64,000 nt of DNA from Chrysomallon squamiferum (GCA_012295275.1 CM022677.1:14260001-14324000), one strand, 5' to 3'; numbered from the stretch's first letter, positions 1 to 13,103 are shown. Notes: generated by a model not told the origin, from the sequence alone. Numbers and translations are program-made.

Positions 1-467
1 TACTTTGCAGAATGACTTGGCGACACGTTGTCAAATAACGCGAGTTCCTTCTCTTCCTTATAAAAGCCCGAATATTTGTTTGTTAAGGATACGACAGACA
101 CGCCCGCTGACCTGTCAGAAAGTGTGTCTGTCGTATACGTGCCTCACAACAGCTCGCCCTGATTAGCAAGTTAAATTTTTCCATTTCCATTTGTTCAGGC
201 ACAGCGAGTTGTGTTTTCTTTACCAACGAAATTACTGTTCGGGATAGCAGTTGAAAATACGCTTCTCTCTGTGTGTGTGTGTGTGTGTATGTGTGTTTTG
301 TTACCTTTTATTGTTATTTCTTCCTTTTCATCTTTTTTTTAATTTTTTTTTAATTTTGCTTTTATTGGTCTCTACTATTTTAAAAGATAATTGTCCTGGG
401 TTGTATTTTTATATGTGTTTCACTGAGCAGACTGTAGTTTTTTCCTGTATAAAGGTTTGCATCGAAA

Positions 468-1150
468 TGGGAAACTCTTGGCAGCTGAACAGGTTCGAGT
501 GATTTATATTGACACAATACGAGGCAGCAGGGATCTGTATTTTAACGAGCATACATTTCGCGTAAATAAAAATAATGGGTAGAGAACAGACTGGAAATGT
601 GTTGTTAACTCGCAGTGCAGAACCTACGTCGTGTCTGTGGACAACATGTTGCAGACGGCAGAACAGATGCAGCAACAACCACGCGGCCGTGCCATTCCAA
701 TACATCCAAGAAAACTGCCATGAATAGGATTTCATTCCGCTCCTAGGACGTCAGATGACACTGAGAGATCTGCTCACAACGCTGCACGCGCTGTATTCCT
801 CACCACACGACTCAGTCGTTTTTAGTTCCCAGTACACTCAAAGTATTTGGCGTCGTTCGCAAAACTAGGATTGGCTTCAGAATATATTGAAAACAGCGAT
901 GTACAAAAGTCGTGCTTCAGCCCTTCCGATGATCCCGCTGAACAAAGTTGAGGATGTTTTGACACAGTTGCCGACAGTCACCAGCATGAAAAGGTAACAG
1001 TGCTGATAGACTACGTCACTAACACCTGGATGAAAGGGACGTGGACTCCAGAAATGTAGAAAAACTTTGGCAATGACGGTCTCCGAACAAATAACCACTT
1101 GGAAGGATGGCGCCATGAACTCAATCAAATCGCCCAGAAGAGTCATCCGA
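468..1150 (+). mobile_element. Degenerate Mutator-like (MULE) transposase with FLYWCH zinc-finger remnant
   Basis: Manual translation across stops and frameshifts gives VIYIDTIRGSRDLYFNEHTFRVNKNNG*RTDWKCVVNSQCRT (FLYWCH-like), DDTERSAHNAARAVF...QSIWRR, LGLASEY...ALPMIPLNKVEDV and DYVTNTWMKGTWTPEM*KNFGNDGLRTNNHLEGWRHELNQ. RTNN.LEGW..LN is the characteristic MULE catalytic-E motif. Confidence 0.85.
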
Positions 1151-1318
1151 CCACATCGAGAACTTTTGTATTTCAACTGCGAACTGTTACTGCTTACAAA
1201 TGCATTGTGGTACAGAAGTAGTTCGTTGGAACCTTTTGACTGCACACAATGACAACCAGGTAAAAGGGAATTTAATGAGTACCGAGACGTAGGTAGATCC
1301 TAATTAGTACACAATTTG

Positions 1319-1530
1319 TTCTACGTCCCAAAGATACAGTGTCAGATATATTAACATGAAATCCCGCGAAGTAGAATTCATTTTAGCACCATTTATACCA
1401 GTTTTTCTACGTGTCAAAGATACAGTGACAGATATATTAACAACAAATCCCGCGACGTACAATTCATTTTAGCACCATTTATACCAGTTTTTCTACGTCC
1501 AGGGCCATACGATGACAAATATATTAACGT
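1319..1530. repeat. ~86-bp tandem repeat, ~2.5 copies
   Basis: The unit ttctacgtcccaaagatacagtgtcagatatattaac...ttttagcaccatttataccagtttt recurs at ~1319, ~1405 and ~1491 (partial). Confidence 0.85.
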
Positions 1531-4250
1531 GGTATTTTAATGAGTTCTCTACAAATTATGTTTTTATGAATACAGTGTGATTGATATGTAATAAACGAAC
1601 ATTTTGTTAAGAATACTATTATAGTGATGATTTTTACACGGCATAATGGAAAAAGAGTTTTGTAGTTTACCTGATATTATAGATATTCAGATATTTAGGA
1701 TTTCTTCGATAATACAGTTACGCAGATCTAATAGTACGCTGTAAATTACAATAAAAGGTGAAGCAGTAATATTAACCGAATATTTTTAAAAATTCAGCTG
1801 TTTCCAGACTAACGTCCATTGTCTTATTAAAATAACAAGAATAAAAGTGAAAAGATGCTGGATTAGGTTGATATAAATAAGAAATTATATTGATAATTAG
1901 AGTTTATGCTGATAACTTTTATTTTATTAGTAACAGTATAGAAAAAGAAATGAAATCAGGAAGGACATTCCATAATATAACGAAGATTCTGGGCTTTTCC
2001 TAAAATATAAAAAATTAGTATCGCTATATTCTGTGATGTAGATAACAAAATATAACATTAATTTCCCACGTAAACTACATAAATTCGGAATTAAATTGCG
2101 TCTTACAAAACATTATAGTGTAAATAGCAGTATTTTTAAATAAAAATATGTTATTTTTGCACAGTCCTAAGTCATTCGTATAAAAAGTGTTTGTGTTATA
2201 AAATAAACGGGATATCTCAAGTTGAAAGTACGATCATCAATGTTAAAATAAAAAAGAAGAAAACGTTTTTATCATTTATTCTCGTTATCAGAATAGTTTA
2301 TAATTGAGTCTGTTAGCCCCTATTAACATGAGCGCAGTGCATACTTCAGTTTTCATTATAAACATAATTTATTCATTAATATTAATATCGAAGTCGTTTT
2401 TGTATTTGTGATTATACATAGCGTGTCCATAAATAAGAGATTCTCGTGTAATTAATATGACGTGGATATAACGGAATATCACATTAAACGTTTCGTCTAT
2501 GTTTGATAATTCAAAAATTTACTGAGTAACAGTACGCTGTATATTTCTCCAAATTCAGGTATTGTCCATGAGCAAATATCATTATTTTAATCTACAGTAA
2601 TTATTTTAATGATCATTTTAGTTTATAATGTAATAAAATGTCTTTTGTGATTCTCCTATGAAATAAAAGGATAAGCTTACAGTTTCTTTAATATAACTGT
2701 TTATTGCAATTATTGTTGTTGTTTTTATCGTTAATGTCGTTATGTCAGATAGTAGTACTGTCCTCATTATAAAGAAAGAAACAATTATCAACAGATAAAT
2801 AGATTCAAAGATTCAAATACTGATGGCGGTACTGAAGTTATTTTCATAACGCCGTGTAAAATTACTCCTACTTAGCTGTTCTGTGAAACAAGTTCTGTTA
2901 ATAAAATATCACATTAGTATGGAAGCGTTCTCGATATTCACATATAATTCTACTGTTGTTTATAAAAACACGCTAACCCGAAACTCCAATCTACCTTTCT
3001 GAATGAACACAGAGGTTTCACAGTAAAATCATACAGTTAAAAAAAGATCGAATGTTGTTTTTTCATGGGGTTTTTCTCTCTTCCTGACAGTAGTAGTAAT
3101 AGAATAAAGTACCATTTTTATAATTCCAGACAAAGCATTGGATGTATTTTAGAAATATACTGTTTCTAAGCTGCTTGTCCTATAAAACGGCGTGTGTTTT
3201 GTAAAGAAACGTTTGGGTGAAACTTGTGAAGACAAGTCGGGCTGTGCAGACGTGGAGCTGACTGTCTGGATAGCACGTGTTTCATCAAAAATTCCGCGGT
3301 CCAGTTTTGTTCTTTCAAAATCAGTGTCGAGACATGATAAAACTTTTATTTGAGTATTTACTAAAACACGAAACTTTGACTTACTGTGTCGTTTTCTACA
3401 TATAATTTGTGATGCTGGACAGAGTTTACGTTCTATAAACAAATAAGATTTCAGTTTTATATGAATAAAGGAGGTTCAACCAAAAATAGAATGATAAAGT
3501 ATAAATAATCTATATCTGAAATAATCATTAAGAAACATTAAGATTTACTTCACAGTAAAGACATTGCTATGTTTTATTAAGATGAATGGATTTCGGCTAG
3601 CTAACTAAACACATCTTCATATCTCATAAAACACTAGTTCAGGAGGCCAGGCATGTTTTCTATGATGTAACTTAAAAATTAACTATATAAGAATTCTCCT
3701 AGTAGAATAAAATAATAAAATGTACTTGAAATTATCAGTATTTTTTTGTGATGCAAAATAAAGGTAAACATAATAAAACATCACGTTATTTTCACTCGGT
3801 ATCAGTTTATAAAATAAACGTCGCTGGTTTTATGTATAAACGTGAATTACGTCGCCTTTTTTCAAACAGAAAACTTCGCTGTCGAGCAGTCTCAGATATT
3901 TCATTACTTAAAAATTTGATTTACTACTTCTCGATGAATTCGACTAATTCTGTAAAATGATTTAGTGCAAAATATTTCAATAATACCATATGTTAAATTC
4001 ATAAGTTTATAAAGAACCAGTTTCCATTATTTGTTGAAAGTATAAATGATAGTTAATAAAAAGGAAAAGAATAAGTAGAAGTATACCGTAAGTAATATAT
4101 TTTAATAGGTGATTACGCCCGCTGAGAAAGTATGAGGAGTAATTATAATATCAGTGGATAAATTAAACGTTATCGGCATAATCTATAATAATTATCAATA
4201 TAATTTCTTTTTTATATCAACTTAATCCAGCTACTTTTCACTTTTATCCT

Positions 4251-4484
4251 AAATACAAACTGGGATTGACATTTTGGAACACACAGCAGCACAAGTCTCC
4301 AGTAGAGTTGAAGTATTTGGTGCTGTTCAGCAGGTATTTAAATACATTATTCATTTTATTTCAGTTTTAAATATTTCTTCAGTCTTTCACAAAATTCTAT
4401 GCAAAATAGTTTTCTTACATTGAATTAAGCAACTTACATAAAAATGTAATATATTTGTTTTTGTAAAATCATGAAAATGAATAG
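4251..4484 (+). pseudogene. Orphan exon-end plus intron fragment, inverted duplicate of 50056-50291
   Basis: gattgacattttgga...gtctccagtagagttgaagtatttggtgctgttcagcag|gtattt and the following intron match the reverse complement of ~50056-50291. Confidence 0.75.
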
Positions 4485-5175
4485 CAATTATTGTATACTG
4501 ATACTTTGTCTGCACATAATATCTCATTTATTGAAAGAATCCATAGAATCACTAAGGACTAATTATTTGTTCAGTTATAAAGACACCTGCCATGAAATGG
4601 CAGTCTGATTTTAAGATTCTTTTTACTTTACTCTAACTTTTTTACTTTATTGTATTTATTTATTTTTATTTATTTTTATTTATTTATAAAAGGAGCAAAA
4701 ATTAATAACCAGATAATTCTACAAGTAAAATCAGTACAAATATAATTGTGTTTTTGTAGGAGATGAGAGTTAGTTGTACAATGGAGGTAATGGTTACTAT
4801 TATCACATTACTTGGATTTTTTATTTTATTTATTAGCCCTAATCATATAAACATTGATGAAAAAGACTGTTAATTCAGATATTTTGTAAGAAAAAATAAT
4901 GTAAATTATTTGTTGCTGAATTGAGAGCTCTTAAGAATTTATTCATATCTTTGTTGTCACTGATGTACTTAATTAAGGATGGCATTGTGTTGGCATTTTT
5001 TTTATTATTATTATTATTATTATTTCTTTTTCTTTTATTTCCTTACATTTTCCTTTCTCTGTATTTTCTTTTTTATCTTATTGAGCCTTCCATGTCCTTG
5101 CTACTGCTGCTGTTGCTGCTACTGTTGTTTTTATTGTTGTTCTTATTATTATTTTTATTTTTATCATTAACAGAT

Positions 5176-5420
5176 ATGGCAACAGCTTCAGATTCTGATG
5201 ATATTCATTCGTGCTGTCTTTGTATGGAAATTTTTGACAAGCTGCGAGTTCTGTATTGAGGACACTTGTTCTGCACCAAATGTCTGCAGGGCTACATAAA
5301 CCACACTTACAATAACAACGAGATAAAAATGTTCTTGTCCTGTTTCCATTCTGGTGTCAGGTGCAGGCAAATGTAAAATTGTTGTTAGTGATTATAACAA
5401 TTACTGTGTAAAATGTTTTT
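5176..5420 (+). pseudogene. TRIM-NHL-type (RING ... NHL) pseudogene, internally deleted
   Basis: After the acceptor tcattaacag the sequence reads MATASDSDDIHSCCLCMEIFDKLRVLY*GHLFCTKCLQGY, a C3HC4 RING with TGA replacing the Cys of CGH, then a frameshifted CPV. This is followed closely by GKCKIVVSDYNNYCVKCF, resembling an NHL repeat (G.IVVSD..N..VKVF). Confidence 0.75.
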
Positions 5421-5849
5421 GTTTAGAAAGAAACTCACTGATAAACAGATATGAAACTTCCTCTCCACCATGTGTTAATATGGTAAAGCACTTTTACCTT
5501 GGGTGGGGCGTTTTGTGTGTCAATGTGTTTTGTTGATGTGTTGATTATATGCTTGTTTTTTTTTTTAAATTTGATTACCTAGGTGAAAGTTAGTAATACA
5601 TTTTATAATACTTTATTCATGTTAGACAGTTATATAGTTTTTTAACTTAAATAATATGGAGAAATTATTTAGTGTTGATTGCAGACTTGAATATATGCTT
5701 AAAAAGTCATTTTACATTAAACACATGTTAAAATTTAAAGTATTTTAAAATAAATAGCATATAAAAAATACAATTCATGAACAGTCAAAGTTACATCAAT
5801 TGTTCAATGACTGACAAAAACAACAAGTATTATAATATCACATTTACTG

Positions 5850-6692
5850 AGACTCACTGACAGGTTGGGACATACCACAGTCTGTAATATACCAGGCACG
5901 AGGCACTGCCTTGAACAAACAGACTCACTGATAGGATAGTACATACCACAGTCTGTAATATACTAGATACAGTGCAGTGCCTTGAACGGATTATCTGAAA
6001 GGATAGTACATACCACAGTCTGTAATATACTAGACACGATGCACTGCCATGAAAAAACAGACTCACTGACATTCTAGTACATACTACAGACTGTAGAACT
6101 AGATACAATGCACTGCCTTGAATGGGTTATCTGACAATGTAGTACATACCACAGTCTGTTATATACTACATGCAGTGCACTAGACACGATGCATTTTGTT
6201 GAACAGACTCACTGACAGGATAGTACATACCACATTCAGTAATATATACTAGACACGATGCACTGCCTTGAACAAACAGACTCAGTGATAGTGTAGTACA
6301 TACCACAATCAGTACAGTGTACTGCCTTGAACAAACTCAGTGACAGGATAGTACATACCAGTCTATAATATACTAAATACAGTGCACTCCTTTGAGGAAA
6401 GAGACTCACTGACAGGATGGTACGTACCAGAATCAGTAATATACTAAACAGAGTTCACTGGCTTGAAGAAACAAACTCACTGAGAAGATGGTACATACCA
6501 CAGTCTGTAATATACTAGATACAGTGCACTGCCTTGAACAAACAGACTCACTGACAGGGTAGTATATACCACAGTCTGTAATATATTAGATACAGTCCAG
6601 TGCATTGAACGGATTCTCTGACAGGGTAGGGCATACAACAGTCTGTAATACTAGATAGAATGCACTCCCTTGAACAAAGAGACTCACTGACA
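5850..6692. repeat. ~70-bp minisatellite, ~12 copies
   Basis: The unit gactcactgacaggatagtacataccacagtctgtaatatactagatacagtgcactgccttgaacaaaca is repeated with divergence. Confidence 0.9.
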
Positions 6693-7004
6693 TCTAAAAT
6701 GAAACACCAAACATTTTTATTAATTAAAATAGCGAGAAAATTTGAGTTTTAGTTATTCAAATGAGCTGGTAATAAATTAGTTTTCAAACAAACTGTTGTT
6801 GTTTTTATTCCGGGTTAGTTACCCTGCTGGAATTGAAAAGGAAAAACATAGCAAATACAAGGTTATATAGTTATCTACCATGGTTATTTGTTCCGTTAAC
6901 CAACCGATAATTCTTTAACCTGACGGTGTAAAAGTTCGCTAGATTTGTTCCTTGGCTTCACTTTAGCGAACTAATTCTTGAATTAAACCAACCGATAACT
7001 CCGA

Positions 7005-7079
<75 letters not shown>

Positions 7080-7090
7080 TGGTAGTAGTA
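7005..7090. repeat. (ATT)n/(AGT)n compound microsatellite
   Basis: Read directly from the sequence. Confidence 0.95.
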
Positions 7091-7460
7091 TCTCTATTTG
7101 TGCATTCTTAATTTATTTCACATATTTAAAATGATTCTTTATTAAAATCTTAATATTTTTTCATTCATGCTATTCAGCGTAAAAATAAGGTCAAGAATTT
7201 AAATTTGTTACGAAATTCCGAAAATTTCTATATTTTATTTATCATGATTAGAGAAAGAGAGATTTGGATTTCACTATGACTGTAAGTTTGTATGGTTTCA
7301 TACAAATTTCATTTCACTGTAAAAATGTAGTATAAAAATTTCAAATACATGTAAATACTGTTTTTCAGCCTTTTCATACTGACACGTTATTTAAATTTCA
7401 CAGATATAATGATTTCTAGAGCGTAAAATTGTGATTTTGTGTTGAGAGAAGAGAGCGAGT

Positions 7461-7462
<2 letters not shown>

Positions 7463-7528
<66 letters not shown>
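7463..7528. repeat. (GA)n microsatellite
   Basis: Read directly from the sequence. Confidence 0.95.
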
Positions 7529-7530
<2 letters not shown>

Positions 7531-7599
7531 CAGAGGAAGGCAGAGAGAGACAGAGAGAGAGAAAGAGAGATATAGAGAAAAACAGACAGAAAGAGTGTA

Positions 7600-7762
7600 A
7601 CCGTTAACCAAATACTAACCATTAAGAAAATACTAACATTTAACAAATACTAACCATTACTAACATCCCCTACGTTTACTGAACCTCACAGAGTTGTAGG
7701 TGTGGCAACATTTCCAAAAGGAATGGCTAATTAGTACATTAATATTATATTAATTGGTTATA
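7600..7762 (+). repeat. Left arm of inverted repeat pair (partner ~10420-10575)
   Basis: tactaacatcccctacgtttactgaacctcac...ggcaacatttcca...gaatggctaatta is the reverse complement of taattagccattc...tggaaatgttgcc...gtgaggttcagtacacgtaggggatgttagta. Confidence 0.85.
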
Positions 7763-9788
7763 TAGATAGATAGATAGATAGATTATGATGGATACATAGA
7801 AATACCTACATACAGAGATAGTTAATGAAGATAGATGAACAGATGGATACATAGGGTATTGCTACTGTTTTCTAATTTCGAATACAGTGCCATTAATTTG
7901 AAAGCCCTTTCTATACACAGAAAGACAGACAGGCCAACAGAAGTGTATGTACTTATGACATATAAATATCTCCCTCTGGCTTTCTTACTCTCTCTCTCTC
8001 ACTCTCCGGATCACTCTAATCAGATGGATTATTTTATTTTACCAGATATTATGTGATAATTAAGTATTATAGGTTCTGTGATTAATGTGCTCTTTAACGG
8101 AAAATATTATAGACACTTCTTGGCCCCCATATTTGGTGGTGAAATCAATAGTTTTGGCATTGATGTAGAGTTTTATTTAAGTTTTTTGAAACAGTTGAAA
8201 ATCCATGGTCCATCTGGCGGGCACGTTGTCAAACTTCAAATAAAATCAAGAGGATGAGGTCTGCCGAGGCATTGACAGAGGAAGAAAGTGTCAAGAGGTA
8301 TGAAGAAGAGTTGGCAGAGAAGAAGAAGGAGGAGGAAGAAAAGGCAAAGAAAACAAATGTTTTAGAGGCAAAATTACCAAAAAAAAAAAACAGAAGATAA
8401 CAAAGTAGATGCAGCCAAAGGAAACGTTGATGGTGATGAGCCTGAACTAGAAGACAGAGATGTAGTAGATACACAAGAAAAATGAACTTATAAGAAAATG
8501 TTTGTACATTCATTATTATGTAATATGACATTAACCTAGCTTTTATCTATAATGTCTGTCTATGGATTTATGTCTATATATGTCTGTCTGTCTCACTCTC
8601 CATCTATCTGTCTGTCTATCTGACTATCCACCTACCTATCTACCTCTCAGATTATAGTGATAAGTGCAGGTGTCGCTGTAATTAAAACTTCAGTAAAAGA
8701 AATGATAAACACTGCAGAAAACATTGATAATAAAGCAGCGATGATATTTTATGTCACTTGGAGAGGTTCTGTCTATGCCTAAAATACTGAAGGCAACAGA
8801 AATGTCCTTCGTGTTGCAGTAATGAACAAAAATATGTTCTTGTTATTATGAAGAACGCTGTTTACCACATATAATGTAACTGAACGACAATATTTACAGT
8901 TTATTTGCCTCAACCAGACCTGTTTACACTAATACATTTAAATTCAGCGAAAGAACCATAATATTTTACATTAATATATAGCTCTCTAGATTATATCTTG
9001 TTGAATATGAATTGTCTAATTATCAATTTAATTTTTAGGGGAGATGGACAGTATCACAGAAAGATAGATATAAAAAGTAGTTATAATTATTTAGGAGATA
9101 GTCAGGAAGATGAATAGGTGATTCATGGATGGTTATTGATGGAATGTAATGTAGATGGATAGACAAATATATATATATATATGGAGGATAGACAGAGAGA
9201 TATAGATAGCTAAACAGACAGACAGGCCAGTAGGTTCAATAGGTAGACAGAAAGATAGAAGGATTGATGTCAAGCAAGATAGGTAATGTGATGGCAAAGT
9301 GGATGGCAGTAGATTTGAGGATGTATATGTGTAAGAAAATGATTATGTTAGAAATAGACTTAAGAGAGAGGATATATTTGATAGATAAACACACACACAA
9401 ACACACACATACACACACACACAGACAAACAGGAGAGAGGATCTGTGTTTGGATTGAGTTAGTGATGAACTGATAGATTATAAGTAGCTATACAATATAA
9501 ATACTGATAGATTATACAGACAGATATAGAGAAATAAATACAGGTAGGTCATTTAGATAAATATACAGAGGTAAATACAGATAGATTATAGGTAGATATC
9601 CAGAGATAAATACAGATAGGTTATACAGATATACAGCAAGATAGCGAGCTTTGAAGTAATATATAATTAGATATTCAGGGAGCTGGATATATGTTTGATA
9701 GATTGTTATTAAAAAATAGGCATATAAGCTAGAGAGATAATATAATAGGTATGTATGTTACTAGTTTGGTAACACACATGCATGCATA

Positions 9789-9792
<4 letters not shown>

Positions 9793-9866
<74 letters not shown>
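9793..9866. repeat. (TA)n(TG)n compound microsatellite
   Basis: Read directly from the sequence. Confidence 0.95.
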
Positions 9867-10419
9867 ATAGTTGATTGTATAATGTGCAAAAAAGGGTGGA
9901 CAGATTGTAGATGATAACAGACAGGTAAATTGATAGACAGAAGAAAGCTAGATAGATTACTAGAAAGATAGATAGATGAAAGGAGGCTTGAGTTTACAAC
10001 TACACAATTGCAGGAAAGACTGAGTCTGTTGCTTATGTATATGGGATAAATCCGTAGATAAATAGATAGAAAGAGTGTATTTAAACAAAAAGGATGTAAA
10101 TAGAGTGTTTATATGTACGTTTGTGTGTGTGTGTGTGCACGAAACACTGTGCTATGTGTAACTGAGAAAGTGAGATAGATTGATATAGAGATAGTTAGAC
10201 ATATTGATCACTTGAGAGATAGATTGATAGGTTAGGTAGGCAATAATTAGGTACATATATAGACAGATATACACAGATAACATTGATATATTGATGTGTA
10301 TCTGTATGTTTTACAGAGAACAGGTATATAAATGTGTATGAAAAAAAAGAAGTGTATGTACTTAAAAATAAGAAATGACATATAAATATTTCCTCTGGCT
10401 TTCTTACTCTCTATCTATC

Positions 10420-10772
10420 TAACCAGTTAAATGTTATTATATTAATGTAGTAATTAGCCATTCCCTCTGGAAATGTTGCCACCCTACACCACGGTGAGGT
10501 TCAGTACACGTAGGGGATGTTAGTAATGGTTAGTATTTGTTAAATGTTAGTATTTGGTTAATGGTTAGTATTTGTTAACTGTTAGTATTTGGTTAATGGT
10601 TAGTATTTTGTTAAATGCTACGATTTGCTTAATGGTTAGTATTTGGTTAATATTTACTATTTTGTTAATGGTTAGTATTTGTTAAACATTAGTATTTAGT
10701 TAATGGGTACTATTTTGTTAATGGTTAGTATTTGTTAAATGTCAGTATTTGGTTAATGGTTAGAATTTGTTT
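10420..10772 (-). repeat. Right arm of inverted repeat plus expanded ~18-bp (atggttagtatttgtta)-type minisatellite
   Basis: Reverse complement of 7600-7762, followed by many gttagtattt(g/t)gtt units that read TACTAAC on the minus strand. Confidence 0.85.
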
Positions 10773-11415
10773 TAATGTAAAATATGTGTGTATGTGAATG
10801 TGTGTGTGTTGATGTGTGTGTGTGTGTGTGTGTGTTGATGTGTGTATGTGTGTGTGTTTGTGTTTATACACGTATTCAGATAAGTATGTGGTAATTATTA
10901 GTAATTGTAACTAATTGGTTAAGTTTAGTATTTGTTAAAAGTTTTTTGTGTGTGAGTGTACATATGTTTGTATATAGGTCTGTGTGTGTTCTTTCTGTAT
11001 GGATATTCGTATGTGTCTGTATGGATGTATGTGTGTTTCTCTATATAACGTTTACTACCTGGTTAATGGTTAGTATTCATGTTAATTGTTAGTATTTTGG
11101 TTGCATGTTAGTACGTATTAATTAATAAACAATACAAACCTGAGCCCACCTCTCAAGGGTTATGGAGCTGCAAGGAGCATAACCAGCTTCACGTCAACAT
11201 CATCAACACAATCTCCTATAGCACTGATATGCTGGGGCAAAAGGGACAGAATGTTATTATCACTGCAGATATTACCAACTTCAAATAAATATTTTACAAA
11301 TAAATGTCTGTATCTATTACTGTTACTATCATCATCATAAAATAAAACAATGACAGAAGGATGCCAGCTGAAGTTAAAGCAATACACCTAGAGTAACGTT
11401 GTAAGGTTTCTAATA

Positions 11416-12309
11416 TTACACAAATCCTAGTAAACGACCTATCAGAAGACAAAATTCAATTAGAACAAATAAGATTTTCCACAACAGAGAACTAAATATA
11501 CGACTAAAATACGTAAATATACGACCGATATACGCAAATATACGTCTGATGAATCCAGCTGCAGAATGTCTTCTGACTCTTTTGACTCTGAGAGGTGCCA
11601 ATGTGTACATCTCGCAGTTTCCATCTCTTAAGTTGTACACGATGGCGGTGAATCTTGCAGAGCAAACTGGACAATTTCTTCTGCTTCTAGACCACCTCTC
11701 CAAACAGCTGAAACAAAATTCATGTAAACACGAGTCTGCATGACACTTATCTAAAAATGCTTCTGAACACAAAGAACAAGTAGGTGACTTATCTGATTCA
11801 GGCTGTTGTGTTGATTCAGCAGTGCTGGGTGATGGTGATGTTGACATCCCTGGTCTTTCTCCACATGCTGCTTTTACAGGGTCACGTTCGGAAATCTTTC
11901 GCCCTTTTGGAGGCTTCTCTGGGCACCCATCATCCTGTGCTTTCCGTTTCCTAGATGTTGATGTCCCTGGTCCTCTACGTGATGTTTCTCCAGGGTCACG
12001 TTCGGAAATCTTTCGCCCTTTTGGAAGCTTCTTCGGGCACCCATCATCCTGTGCTTTCCGTTTCCTAGATGTTGATGTCCCTGGTCCTCTACGTGATGTT
12101 TCTCCAGGGTCACGTTCGGAAATCTTTCGCCCTTTTGGAAGCTTCTTCGGGCACCCATCATCCTGCGCTTTCCGTTTCCTAGATGTTGTTGTCCCTGGTC
12201 CTCTACGTGATGTTTCTCCACGTTCGGAAATCTTTCGCCCTTTTGGAGGCTTTTCAGGGCACTCATCATCCTGTGCTTTCCTTTTCTTGGACGCTCTTAC
12301 TTTTCCCAT
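11416..12309 (-). CDS. TOPORS/ICP0-like C3HC4 RING protein (putative E3 ligase) with N-terminal 38-aa basic repeats and C-terminal hydrophobic tail, ~297 aa
   Basis: Open ORF with RING CSLCSEAFLDKCHADSCLHEFCFSCLERWSRSRRNCPVCSARF followed by IVYN...Y.L, matching the TOPORS RING pattern (C.H.FC..C...WS.....CP.C...F..I). The likely start is MGKV at 12309, just after a polypyrimidine/ttgcag acceptor (exon begins 12322); the track's 12366 start lies in the presumed intron. Confidence 0.8.
   Translation of the reverse strand: MGKVRASKKRKAQDDECPEKPPKGRKISERGETSRRGPGTTTSRKRKAQDDGCPKKLPKGRKISERDPGETSRRGPGTSTSRKRKAQDDGCPKKLPKGRKISERDPGETSRRGPGTSTSRKRKAQDDGCPEKPPKGRKISERDPVKAACGERPGMSTSPSPSTAESTQQPESDKSPTCSLCSEAFLDKCHADSCLHEFCFSCLERWSRSRRNCPVCSARFTAIVYNLRDGNCEMYTLAPLRVKRVRRHSAAGFIRRIFAYIGRIFTYFSRIFSSLLWKILFVLIEFCLLIGRLLGFV
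11870..12292 (-). repeat. 114-bp in-frame coding tandem repeat, ~4 copies
   Basis: cagggtcacgttcgg occurs at 11877, 11991 and 12105 (period 114) and encodes SRKRKAQDDGCPKKLPKGRKISERDPGETSRRGPGTST. Confidence 0.95.
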
Positions 12310-12638
12310 TTCGTATTGATAACTGCAATAACATTGTAGGAGAAAACAAAATTTTATATAATCCAAAAATATCTATTAATTTTATTTCTGTTGTTAGAAT
12401 TATTTCTATTTTTATTTCATTTTTTAATGGCAGTACATTTTTTTCACTTATACGTTTTATCTGTTTGTTTTACTAACGTTAATCTTTGCACAAGGATTTT
12501 ACAACCAGGGCTAATAGCTTTGCATGAATTTATTACATAATGTGAGTTTCGCGTCTAAAATGACAGGTGTACAGGGTTTAAATTGTTTGTGGATGGTGAT
12601 TTTAAAAATACATTCAAAATAAATTAAAATCTATTATC

Positions 12639-12687
<49 letters not shown>

Positions 12688-13103
12688 TTAAGGTTTATAT
12701 GTTATGTGATTTCATATCATGAAATTTATTATTTTATTTATATATTTTGAATTTTTGGGGTTTTATTGTGTCATACCTTTTAAAACTTACGTTTATATTT
12801 CAAGTATTGTTATTATCAATGTTACTTTTTCTTTATCTATATTATTGTTCTTGTTGCTTTTTGTTGTTGGAGGAGTTGTTAGGTACTGAAAAGTGATTTT
12901 CAGTTTAGGAAATACAAGGTTGAGTAACTTTTTATCCTGATTTCAGAAACAAAATATTTAAAATTGTTAGTCAAATTGTTCCAAAGTTTTGGATTTTTTA
13001 ATATTGCCATTTTGAAGAAAACGTTTTATAGGCTCGTTTCATAATATGTCAACTGTGTCTTCCAAACTCTGCTAACATTTATTTACATATAAAGTTGGCA
13101 AAA

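Noticed and set aside
8230-8400. Lys/Glu-rich stretch (RMRSAEALTEEESVKRYEEELAEKKKEEEEK) reminiscent of pogo-like transposase tails
   Set aside because: Low complexity, short, and without catalytic motifs; cannot be assigned.
11549-12476. Alternative-frame and antisense ORFs overlapping the RING gene
   Set aside because: Shadow ORFs caused by the 114-bp in-frame repeat.
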